This document shows, piece by piece, positions 41,700-55,750 of a stretch of 64,000 bases of DNA; positions within the stretch are counted from its first letter, which is position 1; every line of letters begins with the position of its first letter. Both the position numbers and the translations under genes were made by a program. Below the pieces are notes generated by a model. It did not search any database, was not told the origin of the DNA, and saw only the letters and a program-made list of their open reading frames with translations. This DNA comes from Ascoidea asiatica JCM 7603 (lineage: Eukaryota > Fungi > Ascomycota), in the NCBI GenBank assembly GCA_001600695.1, contig BCKQ01000007.1, positions 254,713-318,712 on the forward strand. Direction: 5' to 3'.

Positions 41700-44522
41700 T
41701 TAATCAATTATAATTGGTTTTGAAGGTTCTCCAGTCAGAGTTTCAGTTTTTAAAACTTCAATATCCTTTACTGGTGGTAATTCTGATTTCTCAATTTTAA
41801 TTTCACTACCTTTTGGACCAGCAATTGAGTCTGACTTTGAACTTAAAGGTAAATTTGAATCATTATTTAAATTAGAAATATCACTATGATCATTAATATC
41901 ATTGGTATTTATGTTTTCATCAATATTATCATCATTATTTGACAGTTGAGTATTTGAAGTATTTGAAGTATTTGAAGTATTTTGAGAATTTTGAGAATTT
42001 TGAGAACGTTTTGAATCTGATCTTTTAACTTTTTTTTTACTACCATGTCTTGAAACAATTTTCTTTGATTTTCCAACACCTTGAGCAGTTTTCTTTAATT
42101 CTTTAAAAATTGGTTTTTTATGAATAATTAAATCATTAATAATTTTATATGGATGTTTATCACTAAAAATATTATTATTTTGAATTGGAGATTTATGAAT
42201 ACAATTTGCATAAATATGAGAAATTTCATTTCTAACAAATTCAGATTTTTTAATTGAATTAATTTTTGAATCAATTTTATCATCATTAACAGCAATTGTT
42301 GAAATAAATCTTTCAAAATGAGAAATAATTGCATTTAAAGTTATTACATTTTGTTTTGGTAATCTTGAAATTGTATTTGTTAATGAATTAATTCTTTGTT
42401 TTTCATTATTTTCATAATCAAAATAAATTTTTTTTAAAATATCATAAAATTTTGATGGTATTATAGAATCTGGTAATTCTAATAAATATAATTTTAATAA
42501 ATTAGTTATAATTTCAGGTTTTGATTTATAATTATCAAAAATTTTAAAACAATAATCTTCAGATAATTCAATATTTGGATCATTAACAAGATTTCTTAAT
42601 TCATGAACTTCTTTTAATTTTGGAATTTTTAACCAAGCAGAAATTCTTTCATCATCATCTTTCATTTCAGGATATAAAGAATCTAAATAATTTAAAATAT
42701 TTGTAATAATTAAAGGTATACTTTTATTATCATAATGACATTTAATTTGTAAAGAAATACCAAAATTAGATTTAATTTTTGAATTAAAATAATCTTCATA
42801 AACAGTAACTTCAGGTATAAAAAATCCAGATCTATAATTTTCAATTAAAAATAATAAATCATTTTTTGGATTAATTGATTCTTGAAATAATTTTGATTCT
42901 TTTAAAGTTTGATTAATTGAAATTAATTTATTTGTTAAAATATCTAAATAATCATAAGTAATTTTTTCAATTGCTTTTAATCTATCAAATTCACATCTTT
43001 GCATAAATTCTAAATGATCCATAATTAATTCTTCTAAATTTAATCTTTTTAAATCTAAGAATTTAATTGAATTTTGATAATCAATATCTAATTTTTTTAA
43101 ATCTTTTAAATATTTTTTATAATTTTCTTCATTTGGTTCTTGAGTTACAAATTTTTCTTTAACATTATCAAGATAAGAAGTAAAAATTGAAGTATCTATA
43201 CCACTTGATTGTTTTTTAATTGTTAATAAATTTCCATTATCATCAAATTCATCCATAATTGTATGACTATTATTGTTATCAGTAGTATTAGTAGTAATAG
43301 TAGCAATAGTAGTAGTAGTAGTAGGATCTGTATTAGTATTAGTATTAGTATTAGTATCGGTTGTATTATTATTATTTAAATCAATTTCAGCTAATTTAAA
43401 AGCTTCATTTTTCCATTGATAAAATAATTTAGAACTATTTGCAAAATCATTTGAACCAAATACAATTGATTTTAAAAAACCATAATTAATTAAATCTTGA
43501 CCAGTTTGTTCAGCTCTATCTAACATTTGAATACCTAAAGTTTTCATAATACCTTGAAGTATATTTGAACCAGTTGAAACATTATCATAAGTACCAAATA
43601 TTTTTTTAACAGAAGTAATTTTAATTTCTTGTAATAATTTTTTTAAAATTTGTTTCATTTGAGGTATATCATATTCTGCACCACCAATATTATATAAAAA
43701 ATCTTGATCAATTGAATCATTATTTGTTGTTGAATTATTAGATATAATTGAAGAATCTGTAAAAGTTTTAGTTATAGATTGTATTAAACTCAGATCATTT
43801 GATGTATTTGTTGTTGAAGTTGTTGTTGAAGTTATGGCGGTTGAATTAGAATTAATATTTGGATGATTGTTATTATTATTATCAATTTGATTATCATTTA
43901 GATTAATATTTTCTAAATCAGTTGAGATTGAAGATAAAGTATTTGATAAAGCACCATTTTTGATTAAATTTGCATCTAATTTTTGTTTAAATTCTTCAAT
44001 AAATTTATATTTATTAAAATATTTTTTACTTAAATTTAATGAATTTTTTAAAATTTTTTTAAAATTATTAATATTTGTAAATAATAAATTTTCACTAAAT
44101 AAAATTCTTTGTTTATGATCAATTGACCATTTATTAAAAGGTTTTAAAATTAATAAATTTAAATTATTTGAAATTTTTAAATGATTTTCACTTTCTTTAA
44201 TCATTGAATTATTTATACCATTAAAAGAATTTTTAATTGATGGAGATAATGAATTTTGTAAAGCATTTGAATTATTATTATTATTAATATTATTTGAAAT
44301 TGTATCAATATTAATATTATTAAAAAAAGAATTATTATCATTTGCAATTTGTAAAAGGTTTATAGAATATTGATTTTCTAAATTTTTTCTATCTGTGAAA
44401 AGAGATAAAATTTTTTCATTTTCTTCAATACCTTGTTTTAATTTTGAAAATAAAATTATCAAACCAGATTCATAATCATTTTTATTTGACCAAAATGAAT
44501 CTTGAAAAGTTGGAGTTGGCAT
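41700..44522 (-). CDS. RGD2: F-BAR / DEP / RhoGAP protein Rgd2
   Basis: FQDSFWS..DY..GL..LF.KL.QG..EN; DEP (FGTYDNVSTGS, AEQ.GQDLI..GF); LEE.IMDHL.FMQ.CE.DRL; FGISL; LKLYLLELPDSIIP. Confidence 0.9.
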   Translation of the reverse strand: MPTPTFQDSFWSNKNDYESGLIILFSKLKQGIEENEKILSLFTDRKNLENQYSINLLQIANDNNSFFNNINIDTISNNINNNNNSNALQNSLSPSIKNSFNGINNSMIKESENHLKISNNLNLLILKPFNKWSIDHKQRILFSENLLFTNINNFKKILKNSLNLSKKYFNKYKFIEEFKQKLDANLIKNGALSNTLSSISTDLENINLNDNQIDNNNNNHPNINSNSTAITSTTTSTTNTSNDLSLIQSITKTFTDSSIISNNSTTNNDSIDQDFLYNIGGAEYDIPQMKQILKKLLQEIKITSVKKIFGTYDNVSTGSNILQGIMKTLGIQMLDRAEQTGQDLINYGFLKSIVFGSNDFANSSKLFYQWKNEAFKLAEIDLNNNNTTDTNTNTNTNTDPTTTTTIATITTNTTDNNNSHTIMDEFDDNGNLLTIKKQSSGIDTSIFTSYLDNVKEKFVTQEPNEENYKKYLKDLKKLDIDYQNSIKFLDLKRLNLEELIMDHLEFMQRCEFDRLKAIEKITYDYLDILTNKLISINQTLKESKLFQESINPKNDLLFLIENYRSGFFIPEVTVYEDYFNSKIKSNFGISLQIKCHYDNKSIPLIITNILNYLDSLYPEMKDDDERISAWLKIPKLKEVHELRNLVNDPNIELSEDYCFKIFDNYKSKPEIITNLLKLYLLELPDSIIPSKFYDILKKIYFDYENNEKQRINSLTNTISRLPKQNVITLNAIISHFERFISTIAVNDDKIDSKINSIKKSEFVRNEISHIYANCIHKSPIQNNNIFSDKHPYKIINDLIIHKKPIFKELKKTAQGVGKSKKIVSRHGSKKKVKRSDSKRSQNSQNSQNTSNTSNTSNTQLSNNDDNIDENINTNDINDHSDISNLNNDSNLPLSSKSDSIAGPKGSEIKIEKSELPPVKDIEVLKTETLTGEPSKPIIID

Positions 44523-45473
44523 TTTTATTGATTATTATTTGATTATTTGATTATTTGATAATTAATGATAGAAATCAATTGATTAATTTGAATTTTATTA
44601 AAAAGAATATGAAAAAGATTGAAGAATTAAATAATGTAAAAAGTAATACATAAGTTAGATCAACCAGGAAATGATGAATATGAATCTTCTTGTCTTCTAA
44701 TCTTCTGATCTCCTATTTCTCTATTCCAACTGTGTTCTGATTCTGTTTTTACTTAGAATAATCAAATATTATTAAAAGATACAAATAGAAATATAAATAA
44801 ATAAAAGAAGCTATAAATAATAATAAAGGTGAATTATTGAATTATTACCAGTAAATGAGATTTGAGAACAATTGGCGTTGGGCAAAGACGTAGCAGGAGG
44901 AGAATCAAACAAGAGCCGCAGCCGTGGTAAAAAGGGACACAAATCAAAGGAACCGCAGAGGTGGTAGGGAAGTAGGCAAAAAGAGGTTATGTTATGTATG
45001 GGAATGTATTAGCATGTATAGGCATGCGTGAAGGTGTGGAGGTACGTAGATGTCTGCAAGGGGTACGCAGAACAGCGTATTGTTGCGGTAACCAGAGTTT
45101 CTACACCGGGACTCGGTTACCGGATCTAAAAATAAAAACAGCACACAAAACCAGAATAAAATCAGAATCAGAAGAATATTTTTAACTCATCTCCAACTGT
45201 CTTTGATGTCTTTGATGTTTTTGATGTTTCTTCATTTTGTTCTGTTTCTCTGTGTTTCCAGGCTTTAAAAGAGGCAGATCTTCATCTTGTAAATATTATC
45301 ATTCACTTTCACTTAAGCCAAATTAACAACACTAAAGAGGCTATGTTTAACGAAATGCAATTACTCGATTATATTTAACAAATTTTTTATTACTTTCATA
45401 GTTATTTAAAAAAAAAATATTACCTCATACTCATATCTATCTATTTATTATTGATATTAATATTGATAAAAGT

Positions 45474-46509
45474 TTATTGTAATTTAACATAATTTCCTGG
45501 GAATAATTTTCTTTCACCATTTAAATCACCTAACCACCAATTATCATCAATAAATTCAATATTAATAATCTTATCACCTTCTTTAAAATTTAATTCATTA
45601 TCTTCTTTTGATTCATAATCAAATTCTGCAATTCCAATTTCTTTTGTAATTTTACTACCTGCTTTATATTCTTCTTCTTCTTCTTCTTCTTCTTCTTCAC
45701 CATCATCTTCTTCTTCTTCCTCTTCACCTTCTTCATCACCTTCTAATCCAACAGATATTCTATATTCTTCAACTAATTTTTCAATTTCAATTTCATTTAA
45801 TTCAGGTTCTAATTTAACAAAATTTGATGGAAATACACCAATTTTACCTTTTAAATTTTTACCTTGCCACCAATCTAAATCTGTAAATATAATTTCATTA
45901 ATAATTTCATTTTCATTAAATGATATTTCATCTTCATCACTTTGTATATAATCATATAATGCAATTGCTTTATATTGTTTATTTGAACTAGGTTCTACAA
46001 CAGGCTCTACAACAGGTTCTACAACAGGTTCTACAACAGGTTCTGGTACTACATTTCTTGGAGGTAATGGGACTGGAGCTGTAGCTGGGGTTGGAATATT
46101 ACTACTCATTGTAGGAGTACTTATAGGTTTTTCAATTTGACTTCTACTTGGTAATACAGGTAAAGGTCCTTCATCTTCCTCTTCTTCATCTGATGATAAT
46201 TCTTCATTATTAATAATTGGTTTTCTTTCTGAAACAACATTACGTATTGGAGGTGGTGGTGCTTTAAATGAATTACCAAAACCTGTACTCTTTGGTACAA
46301 AGGATGATGTAGTTGAAGTACCAGAAGGAACTGATGGAATTGAAGAAACTGAATATGGAACTGAAATTGAAACTTTTTCTTTACTTTCTTCTTCTTCTTC
46401 TTCTTCTTCTTCTTCTTTATTATCATTGACAGATAATTCAGAAAATTTATTACCAAGACCAGAAATTTTATTAAATTTAAATTCATTTTTACTTGGAGTA
46501 GTAGTTGTT

Positions 46510-46550
<41 letters not shown>

Positions 46551-46910
46551 TTCAAAATCATCAGAATTTATTGGTTTTGTATCTTTTATAGAACTATCAA
46601 ATTTTCCTCTTTTTTCAGCCCAAATTTGTGCAGGAGTTTTACCATTATCACTACCAAAATTTCTACTTGCACCTTTAACTAATTTATCTTTATCTTTATC
46701 TTTTGAATTTGAATTTGAATTTGAATTTGAATTAAATGAACCATATACTTTTGGAACAGATGATGGTTTAATTGAATTATTACTTGGAATATATTTATTT
46801 GAAACTGAATTAATAACTCTTGGTTTTGGTAATTGAAATAATTTTTTAGATTGAATTGAAGGATTAATTTTATTTGAAGAATTTGATGAAGATCTTGAAC
46901 GATTATTGAG

Positions 46911-46948
<38 letters not shown>

Positions 46949-47963
46949 CATAATCAATTGAATTTGATTGAGAATGAGAGAAGATATTTAATTTTTTTTT
47001 AAATTTCTTTTCATCATCACTTAAATCATCATCATTTTCTTCTTTATGAAATGAATTATATGAATTATTTGTATTATCTCTAGAAATTGGTTTTGGAGAT
47101 GGAGATGGAAATAATTTTTTTGTTTGAGGTTGTTGTTGTTGTTGTTGTATTGGAATTGAATTTTTTAAATTATTCATATTAACTTTTGTTGGAATATAAG
47201 AAGATTTAACTGGTTTAATTGGATCTTTTAATAAATCTCTTTCTTTAACTTCTTCTGCATTACCCCAACCATCATTATCATTATCATCATTACTACTATT
47301 ATTATTATTATTTGATTTAATAATTTTAGATTGTTTAAATGGAACTGGTTTTGGAATAAATGGTTTTGGAATAAATTGATTAGATTTATTAACTGATGAA
47401 TTAAATGATTTTTTAGGACTAAAAGTATTTGAAATATTTGAAATATTTGAAATATTTGTAACTTTTGATGGTTTATTATTTGAATAAGAATTTTGATTTG
47501 AATTTGGATCAATTTTTTTTAAAATTTCAATTGAATTTAAATCATCTTCATCTCTTGCAATAATTTGTAAATGATAACCTTTTAAAATATTTGAAAATTG
47601 ATTTAAATATGAATTAAAATTTGATTTTAATTTAATTGAAACAGAATCTGGACAAAATGATAAAAATAAAAATTTATTAATTTTTTTATTAAATGAAATT
47701 AATGAAATTCTAATTAAACCAAATTGAATAATATTTGAAGGATTTTCTTTAAATTCATTTAAAAAATCATTTAAATTATCTAAATTATCTAAATTATCAT
47801 TAATTTCCGAAATTTCTGATTTTGATGTTGGTTTATATGATAAATTATTATTATTTGAAGGTGTAAAAATTACCCAAGATAAATTTGGATTATTATTTAA
47901 AATTAAATTATAACATTCAGTTATTTCACTTGAATAAGTTGATAAATCAATTGAACGAGACAT
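45474..47963 (-). CDS. ABP1: Actin-binding protein 1 (ADF-H domain plus two SH3 domains)
   Basis: N-terminal ADF-H (LKGYHLQIIARDEDDL), KTPAQIWAEK, Pro-rich region, SH3s ALYDY..WWQG..G.FPSNFV and AEFDY..WWLG..LFPGNYV. Confidence 0.93.
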
Positions 47964-48526
47964 TATATAAAGTAATTGATATTTATTGAAGTTTTAATGA
48001 TAATTTAATTGTGATTTGAATTGATTAAATATAATCAAATAGAATATTAAATGAAATAGATGAAATAAAATAAGTGATAACTTAATGACAAGTGCTCTTT
48101 AAATGAAAAGAACAATAATAAACAAACAGTAAAATAGGAGTCAGTCAGTTCCCAGCTCTCGCCGTCTGCCAGCCCCGTTCAACTCGACAGCGTTGAAGAA
48201 ATTGAAACAAGGCCACGTGAACACGGTCGGTGTTTGAGTTACGAGGGGTAAATTACTTTATTGGGTAATTGTCATCGGTCTGGATTGCTGCGCCTGGTTT
48301 TCGTGGATGGTGAGTTTAATTGGGTAATTTATATGCTTTGCGAGGCTGGTGACCAGAAAGAGAAGTTCCGCGTTTCTGGTCTCTGGCTGAGTATGCATAC
48401 TTCGCAGCTGCCCCTTTTTGTATTCATTCATTCACTTCTTTATTGTTTATATCTTTTATATCTTTTGTATCTTTTGTATCTTTTGTATCTTTTGTATCTT
48501 TTGTAAAATATATCATTTATTGACGA

Positions 48527-50190
48527 TTAACAATTAATATAAATGTCAGTTTTATTGGTTATTAGTTCATCACTTGCAACTAATGTAGGTAAATTAACTT
48601 TATATTGTAAATCAAAAACTTTTAAATTTGGTAATTTTAATAAACCTTTATTAATTGCAATTAAATTATATTTAATTTTTTGTCTTGTATAAGGTAATAA
48701 AATTAATTGATTAAAAAAAATCTTATCACCAGATATTGAAAAATTTAAATTATTTGAAAATTTTGAATTAAATTCAATTTTAAATGAAAAAATTCTTGAA
48801 GTTGGATTTTCAATAAAATAATTTAATTTTATTAAATTTATCTCTTTAAAATTTTTAACTTTTAATAAAACTCTTGGATCTAATAATGGTAATCCAATAT
48901 TCCAAATTTTTGAATAATTTAAATTTATTATTCTTTCTTTTTTATTATTATTATTATTCCTTTTCCATTTTATTAAAAATTTAATTTCTAATGGTATATG
49001 ACGATGACTTTTACCATCTATAACTTTTGTAATAAAATAATTATTAAAAATATTTTTAGAATTTCCATTAATTGTCTTCAATAATTGTCCATCACTATTA
49101 ATAATTTCTTTCACTTCTTCATCTTCATCTTTCTCATCTTCTTCATTATCAGATTTAATAACTTTACATAAAAATTCTTCATTTCTTTTACAAATAATTT
49201 CAATTTTCTCTTCAATTATATCAATTTTACAATCTCCAAAATATTCTAATGTCATCTTACCACACCAAATTCTTTCTGGAATTGGATTTATAAATTCTTT
49301 ATCTTTTTTAAAATCAATTAAAAATGAACATGGCATATTATTTAATCTTAATCTTGGTAAAATTCCAAATCCAATTTCAAATCCATTTATTATCTCAATT
49401 TCAAAATATCTTTTATCTAAAACTGGAATTTTATCTTGAATTCCAATAATATAATAAATTATATCAATTTCAACTTTTAAAATTCCACATTTACCTCTTT
49501 TATTAATTCTATTATCATTATTATTATCATCTTGTACTTCTTCTTGCTCTTGCTCTTGTTCTTGTTCTTGTTTATTAGAATTATTATTTGAATTTAATAT
49601 GGTTAAATCAGGTATATTTATATATAAAGTATTTATTAATTCTTCATCTTTTGAACTTAATTCTTTATTAAATTTAAATGTTTGTAAATTATGTGATTTT
49701 TTCTCTAAATTCCAATTTATATCAATATTTTCTTCATAATCTTCATCAATAATTTCAATAATTTTACCATTTTCTTCTTCATCTTTAATATTTAAAAATC
49801 TTTGAATTTCAACAAATGCTCCTAATTCAATATTTATATTATCTTTATCTTCATTTTTAATATGAATTGAAATTGGAAATTTTTCTAAACAAAAACAATA
49901 ATCATCTTTATTAATATTTAATAAAATATTTGGTCTTCTTGGTATAATTTCATTAATTATAGAATTTTCAACTTTAATTTTATTTTCAATATATCTTTGT
50001 TTTTCTTTTGCCTTTGATTTTGATTTTTCATACCAATTTTGAACTTTATTTAAATGATTTTTTGAAAAATTTAAATTTTCAATAATTAAATTAAAATTAA
50101 ATTTATTATTTTCAATTAAAATTATTATTGATTCAATTTTATTTATACCAATTTCTTTTGATAATAATGAAAATTGAATAATTTTACCAA

Positions 50191-50223
<33 letters not shown>

Positions 50224-52780
50224 CTTCATTAATATTATTTAAATTAATTTGTTTAAATAAATATTCATCATCTTTTAAAATTTTATTTTCAATTTCACTT
50301 AAATTTTCATTTAAATTATTTAATCTTTTTTTTATAATAAATTCATCATGATTTATAAAATTTATATAATCATTTTTAATAATTTTTGAATTTAAATTAA
50401 TATTTTCAAATAAAATTGGTAAAAAAGATGAATTTTTATCAAATTTAATTAAAATTTTTTTAATTTTAAAAAAATTTTTAAATAAATTATTTAAATTTGA
50501 TTTAATTATTAATTGTAAATAAGATTTTGATTCAAATGAAGTTATAGAATTTTTAAAAATTAAAGAAATTTTAAACATTTCAAAATCTTTTAATTCTTCT
50601 TGAGATAAATTTATAATAATTTTTTCATTACAATTATCATTATTATTATTAGTTGATAGAAATTTTTTATTTTTTGAAGATATAATTTTTTTTAAATTAT
50701 TATAAATTTTTAATAAAATTAAATTATTTTTAAAATAATATTCATTTATTATTGATAATTCAATAAGATATTGAAAAGAATCATTAAATCTTTTTAAAAA
50801 AATAGAAGATTGAAATAATCTAAATAATATAAATATAGAAATATAATTTTGTTTATCAAATTTAAAAATTTGATAAGATTCTTCAAAATATAATAAAGAA
50901 TTTTGAAAATTATTTAAATTAAAAAAAATTTCTGCAATTTTAAAATTTATAAAACTTATAGATCTATTAAATTGATTTAAATTATTTGATCTTGAAAATG
51001 CAATTATTGATTTTTTTAATAATTTTATAATATATAAATTATAATTAAAATTTTTATCAGAATTAAGTGAAAAAATATTATCAATATAATTATTATTAAA
51101 ATATGGATCAGAATTAAGTTTTGTATAATTTTCAATATTTTTTTTAAGAGATAATCTTGATTGTAAAAAAAAGATTGAATTTAAATATAAATAACCAGTT
51201 TGTGGTAAATATGAAGATATTAAATTATCATTATTTGAAAGGTATGGAATATTTATTGGTAATAAAGAAGATGGAATCATATCACATAATTCTGCAAACC
51301 ATAAATATTGAATATATAACCAATTAAGTAATGAAGATGAAGAAGAAGAGGAGGAAATAATTTTATTTTCTTTTAATATATTTGTAATTGAGATAATATG
51401 AAAATTAAATTTTTTAAAAGCAATTAATGGAGAATTTAAAATAAAATAAAATTTAATAATTTGAATAGAAGTTATATCTAATAATTTTCTAATTTCAATA
51501 TAATTTTTAATATTTATTTTATTTGTTTTAATTAAATTATTTAAATTGTAAAATTTTAAATTTATTAATAAAGAATCATATGAAATTATAAAATTTTTTA
51601 CAATATTTTCAAAATTATTTTTTCTTAAAGATGAAATATATGAAAGTTTTAAATTATATCTTGAGATCCAAGAATTTGAATTATAAGATTCTAATAAATT
51701 TATTAAAAAATCTTTTTCAATTGGTTTTAAATTTTTAAAATTTTCAATATCTTTAAATTTTGAATTTAAATTTCTTAATTTTTTTCTTCTTATTTTTCTT
51801 TCTGAAGTTAAATAAAATTCAAAAATATTATATTTTAAAATTTTTAAAAAAATATTATTTATAAAATTTGTAATTTGATTTATAGTTGTGATTGAATTAT
51901 TATAATTTGGTATAAAAAAAAAATTTGTTTCATTATTGTTGTTGTTATTGTTAGATGAAGATGAAGATAAGAAATTATAATCAATAAAATTATTTGATAA
52001 ATTATTATTTAAATTTGATAATTTTTTTAAATTATTAATTCTTAAATTAATATTTGAAATAATTTTTGAATTTGAATTTAATGGTATATTACAAAAAATA
52101 AATTGAATAAATTTTATTTCTCTTTTTAAAATTTGATTTTTAATAATATTAATTTCTTCAGATAATTGATTATCAATAATATTTGTAATATTAAAATTAT
52201 TAATATTATTATTATTAGAAATTAATTCAAGTTGATGAATGGATATAAATATTGAAGGTATATAATTTATATATTTTTTTAACCAATTTTTAGATAATAT
52301 ACCATTTGGATAAATATTTGAATTTAAATTAAATGGAGAATTTTTAGAAAATTGAAATTTTTTATTATTAATTGGAGGTAAAATGAAATTATTATTAATA
52401 AATTTAAAATTATATTTTACTAAGTTTGTAGTTGTTAGAGAAGAAGATGAAGTAGATGAAGTAGATGAAGAAGATGAAGATTGTTGTTGATTATTATTAT
52501 AATTATTATTATTATCATTTGAATCATAAATAATATTTGAATTTATTGAATAATTTTTTTTAATTAAATTTTTAAAAATTAAAGATGAATTAGTATTTAC
52601 AATTGGAGAAATTCTTGCAATTTTTTCACCATTTTCTAAAAAAGAAGGAATTGAATTATCTTTTAAGTTATCATCTTTTAAGTTATCATCATTTAAGTTA
52701 TTATCATTTGAATGATCTAAACCTTGGATTATAATTAATGGAGATAATTTTGAAATGAATTCAATTGGATAAAAATCCAT
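48527..52780 (-). CDS. TRAPP complex subunit TRAPPC11 (Foie gras/Gryzun)
   Basis: MDFYPIEFI....PLIIIQGL, SP....YPNGILS..WL.K..YIPSIFI, W..RY.LKL; C-terminal ENPT...F, FSISG.K, LLP.TRQ...YNL. Confidence 0.8.
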
Positions 52781-53791
52781 AATTATTTTAATATTATTAT
52801 AAATAATTAAAGTCTATAGATGAATGTAATGGAATTTAGTATATGTGAATTGAAATTGATTTGATGGAAGTGATGGTTGTTGTGGCGGTTAAGAAGAAGA
52901 AGCAGAAGCAGAAGCAGCAAGAAGATTATCCTCACATTCACCACTGTTGTTTTGACACTGTTCGTAGATCTGAAGAAGGAGAGAAAGAAGAAAGAAGAGA
53001 AAGAGAAAGAGAGAGAAAGAGGTGTTTGTTGGTGCTTTGTTTGCAGTGGTAAGAGAACAGGGCAGAAACAGGCACGTGTGGGAGAAGACCCGTTAAGCTG
53101 GTCTCAGCTTCCACTTCAACTCCAATCTCGAAACAAGCAACAATAAAACAAGAAGCAGAAGCAGAAGAAGAAGAAACAACAGATACTATTACACAGAAGA
53201 CAAGGACACAAGAAGACAAAGAACAATTCATTCAAGCTGTTTGAGTTGTGTTTATCGTGGACTTAAGCGCCGAAGCATCTTTTACACCATCTTTTACACC
53301 ATTTCTCTTCTTCTTCTTCTTCTCCTTCTTCTTTATCTTCTTTATCTTCCTTCTTCTTCTTCTTCTTCTCCTTCTTCAATATCATTATCATTATACTATA
53401 TTGTAATCAACTATTAACTATTGTTTTGTTTTCTTCTTCTTTGCTTGCTATTTTCATTTATTGCTATTTTCTTCAATTGCAGTCTGAAACAGAACTGGAG
53501 CTGATTTTAAATGCACTAAACGCCGGTACCCAATTCATTATTACTTATTACTTATTACTTATTACTTATTACTTACTTAACATTGCTATTTACTCTGATG
53601 ATATTGGTAATATAATCATTAAATAAAGCAATAGATAAAAGACAAATTTATATATAAAAAGATTATATAAAGAGTAATTAAACAAGATTCAATTATAAAT
53701 ACATCAATATCCCATTCAATTCAATTCAATACTTACTTTAGATATATAAGCAATTCAAGATTATAAGATTATAAATTTATAAATTTACAAA

Positions 53792-55702
53792 ATGTCTGAT
53801 AATAATTCATCATCGCATTCAAATATGCCTACTTTATCTAATATATTAAATCCATCTAATGAACCTAATGAACAAACTTCTTCAACTTCTTCAACTTCTT
53901 CAACTTCTTCAACTTCTTCAACTTCTTCAAATCAATTAATCAATACAACTACTAATAATAATAGTAATAAGAAACTTAATAAGAATATAAAGAATATAAA
54001 GAATATAAAGAATATAAAAAATATGAAAAATTTTAACTTTATTAAAGAAAAAACTGATAATAAAATTAATAATCATACTTATAAATTTAATAATTACTTA
54101 ATTTTAAATGATTTCATATCCGATGATGATGATGATGAAAATACTTCTCCTCCATATATAATAACTCTTAAATTAGATAATAACAATAAATTAATTCAAA
54201 TTATTTTAAAAGATAAATTAAATAATTATTTCTCAAATTATTTCTCAAATAAATTATTTCAAAATAATTTTATTTCAATTAATAATCAAAATTTACATTT
54301 ATTTATAAATTCAAAATATTCAAATAATTTAATTATAAATAAAAAATTAATATATTCTTCAATTAATTCTTCTACTATTCAATCTTCTTTAAAATTTAAT
54401 AATTATCAATTAAAATTAAAAAAAAGAACTTTTAATAACGAAATTAATATTGATGATGATTATTTAAGTAAAAAATTTCAAAAATTAAATCCAGAAAAAC
54501 CAATTTTAAATAAAAATCAAATTTCTAATAATAATAACAATAATAACAATAATAACAAAGATAATATAATTAATGAAAAATTTCAATTAAATCTAATCAA
54601 ATTAAATAATCAATTATTAAATAATTTAAATAATTTTCAAAAATTTTATAATAATTCAAATATTAATATTTTTAAATTAAAACATTTAAATCATTTAAAT
54701 TTAAATAATTCAAATAATAATAATAATAATAATAATTTTAATTTTGATAAAGATTTATTTCAAATTAATGAATATATTAAACTTATATCAATTGAAAAAT
54801 TTCAATTAAATATTAAAATTCCAAGATTTTTATTAGAATTTTTTAATTATGATAATCAAATTTTAAAAAAAAAAAATATAAATATTAATGATATTTTAAA
54901 TCAATTTATGTTAAATAATTCAAAAAATTTAATTCAATCTAAATATTCAAATTTTCAATCAATTTATTTTAATAAAAATTTAATTTCAAGTAATTTTAAA
55001 ATTAATTTTAATGAAAATTTTAATAATAATTTTAATTTATTTAAAAATTCTTTTGATAATTCAATTTTTGAAAATTTTTATTTATATTATTTTAATAAAA
55101 ATTTATTTAAAAAAAAAAAAAATTATGATAATGATAATGATATTTTAAATTTAAAAAATTTTAATCAATTTTATTCTTTTCAAAATGATTTAAAAATTAA
55201 TTTAAATTTTAATATTTTAAAAAAAAAAGCAAAATTATCTTCAAATTTTGGTTTCTTAGATTTTTGGATTTTAAATAATAATATTAATATTACTAATAAT
55301 AATAATAATAGTTTAAAAAATTATAAATTTTTTAAAAATTATAAATTTTTTAAAAATTTTAATAATTATAATAATAAATTAAATTCAAAAATTTTTAATA
55401 AAAAAAATTCTTTAAAAGGTGATAAAAATCTTTTAACAGAATTTGAATTTAATTTTAAAATTATAGATTTTAAAAATCATGATTTAAGAAATAAATTAGC
55501 TCCATTTAATATTTTAATGGAAATTAATAATTTAAAAAATTTTGAAAAAAATTTAATGAATACAAATTTAAAAAGTCCAATAAATAAATTAAAGAAAAAA
55601 AGACAATTAAAAAATCTTCAATTAAAATCAAATTTAAATTCTCATTCTCATTCTCATTCTCATTCTCATTCTCATTCTTCATTATCAAATTCAAGAATTT
55701 TA

Positions 55703-55750
<48 letters not shown>

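Noticed and set aside
44666-44744. C/D snoRNA-like ATGATGA...CTGA with a short terminal stem
   Set aside because: No C' box, no rRNA guide match I can confirm, antisense to the RGD2 leader, and such words are common at this base composition.
52861-53626. Short intergenic ORFs here and at 2882-3310, 16029-16522, 40015-40260, 48261-48506 and 58459-58803
   Set aside because: They overlap promoter islands or purine/pyrimidine repeats, often start at non-ATG codons, and lack the genic codon bias.
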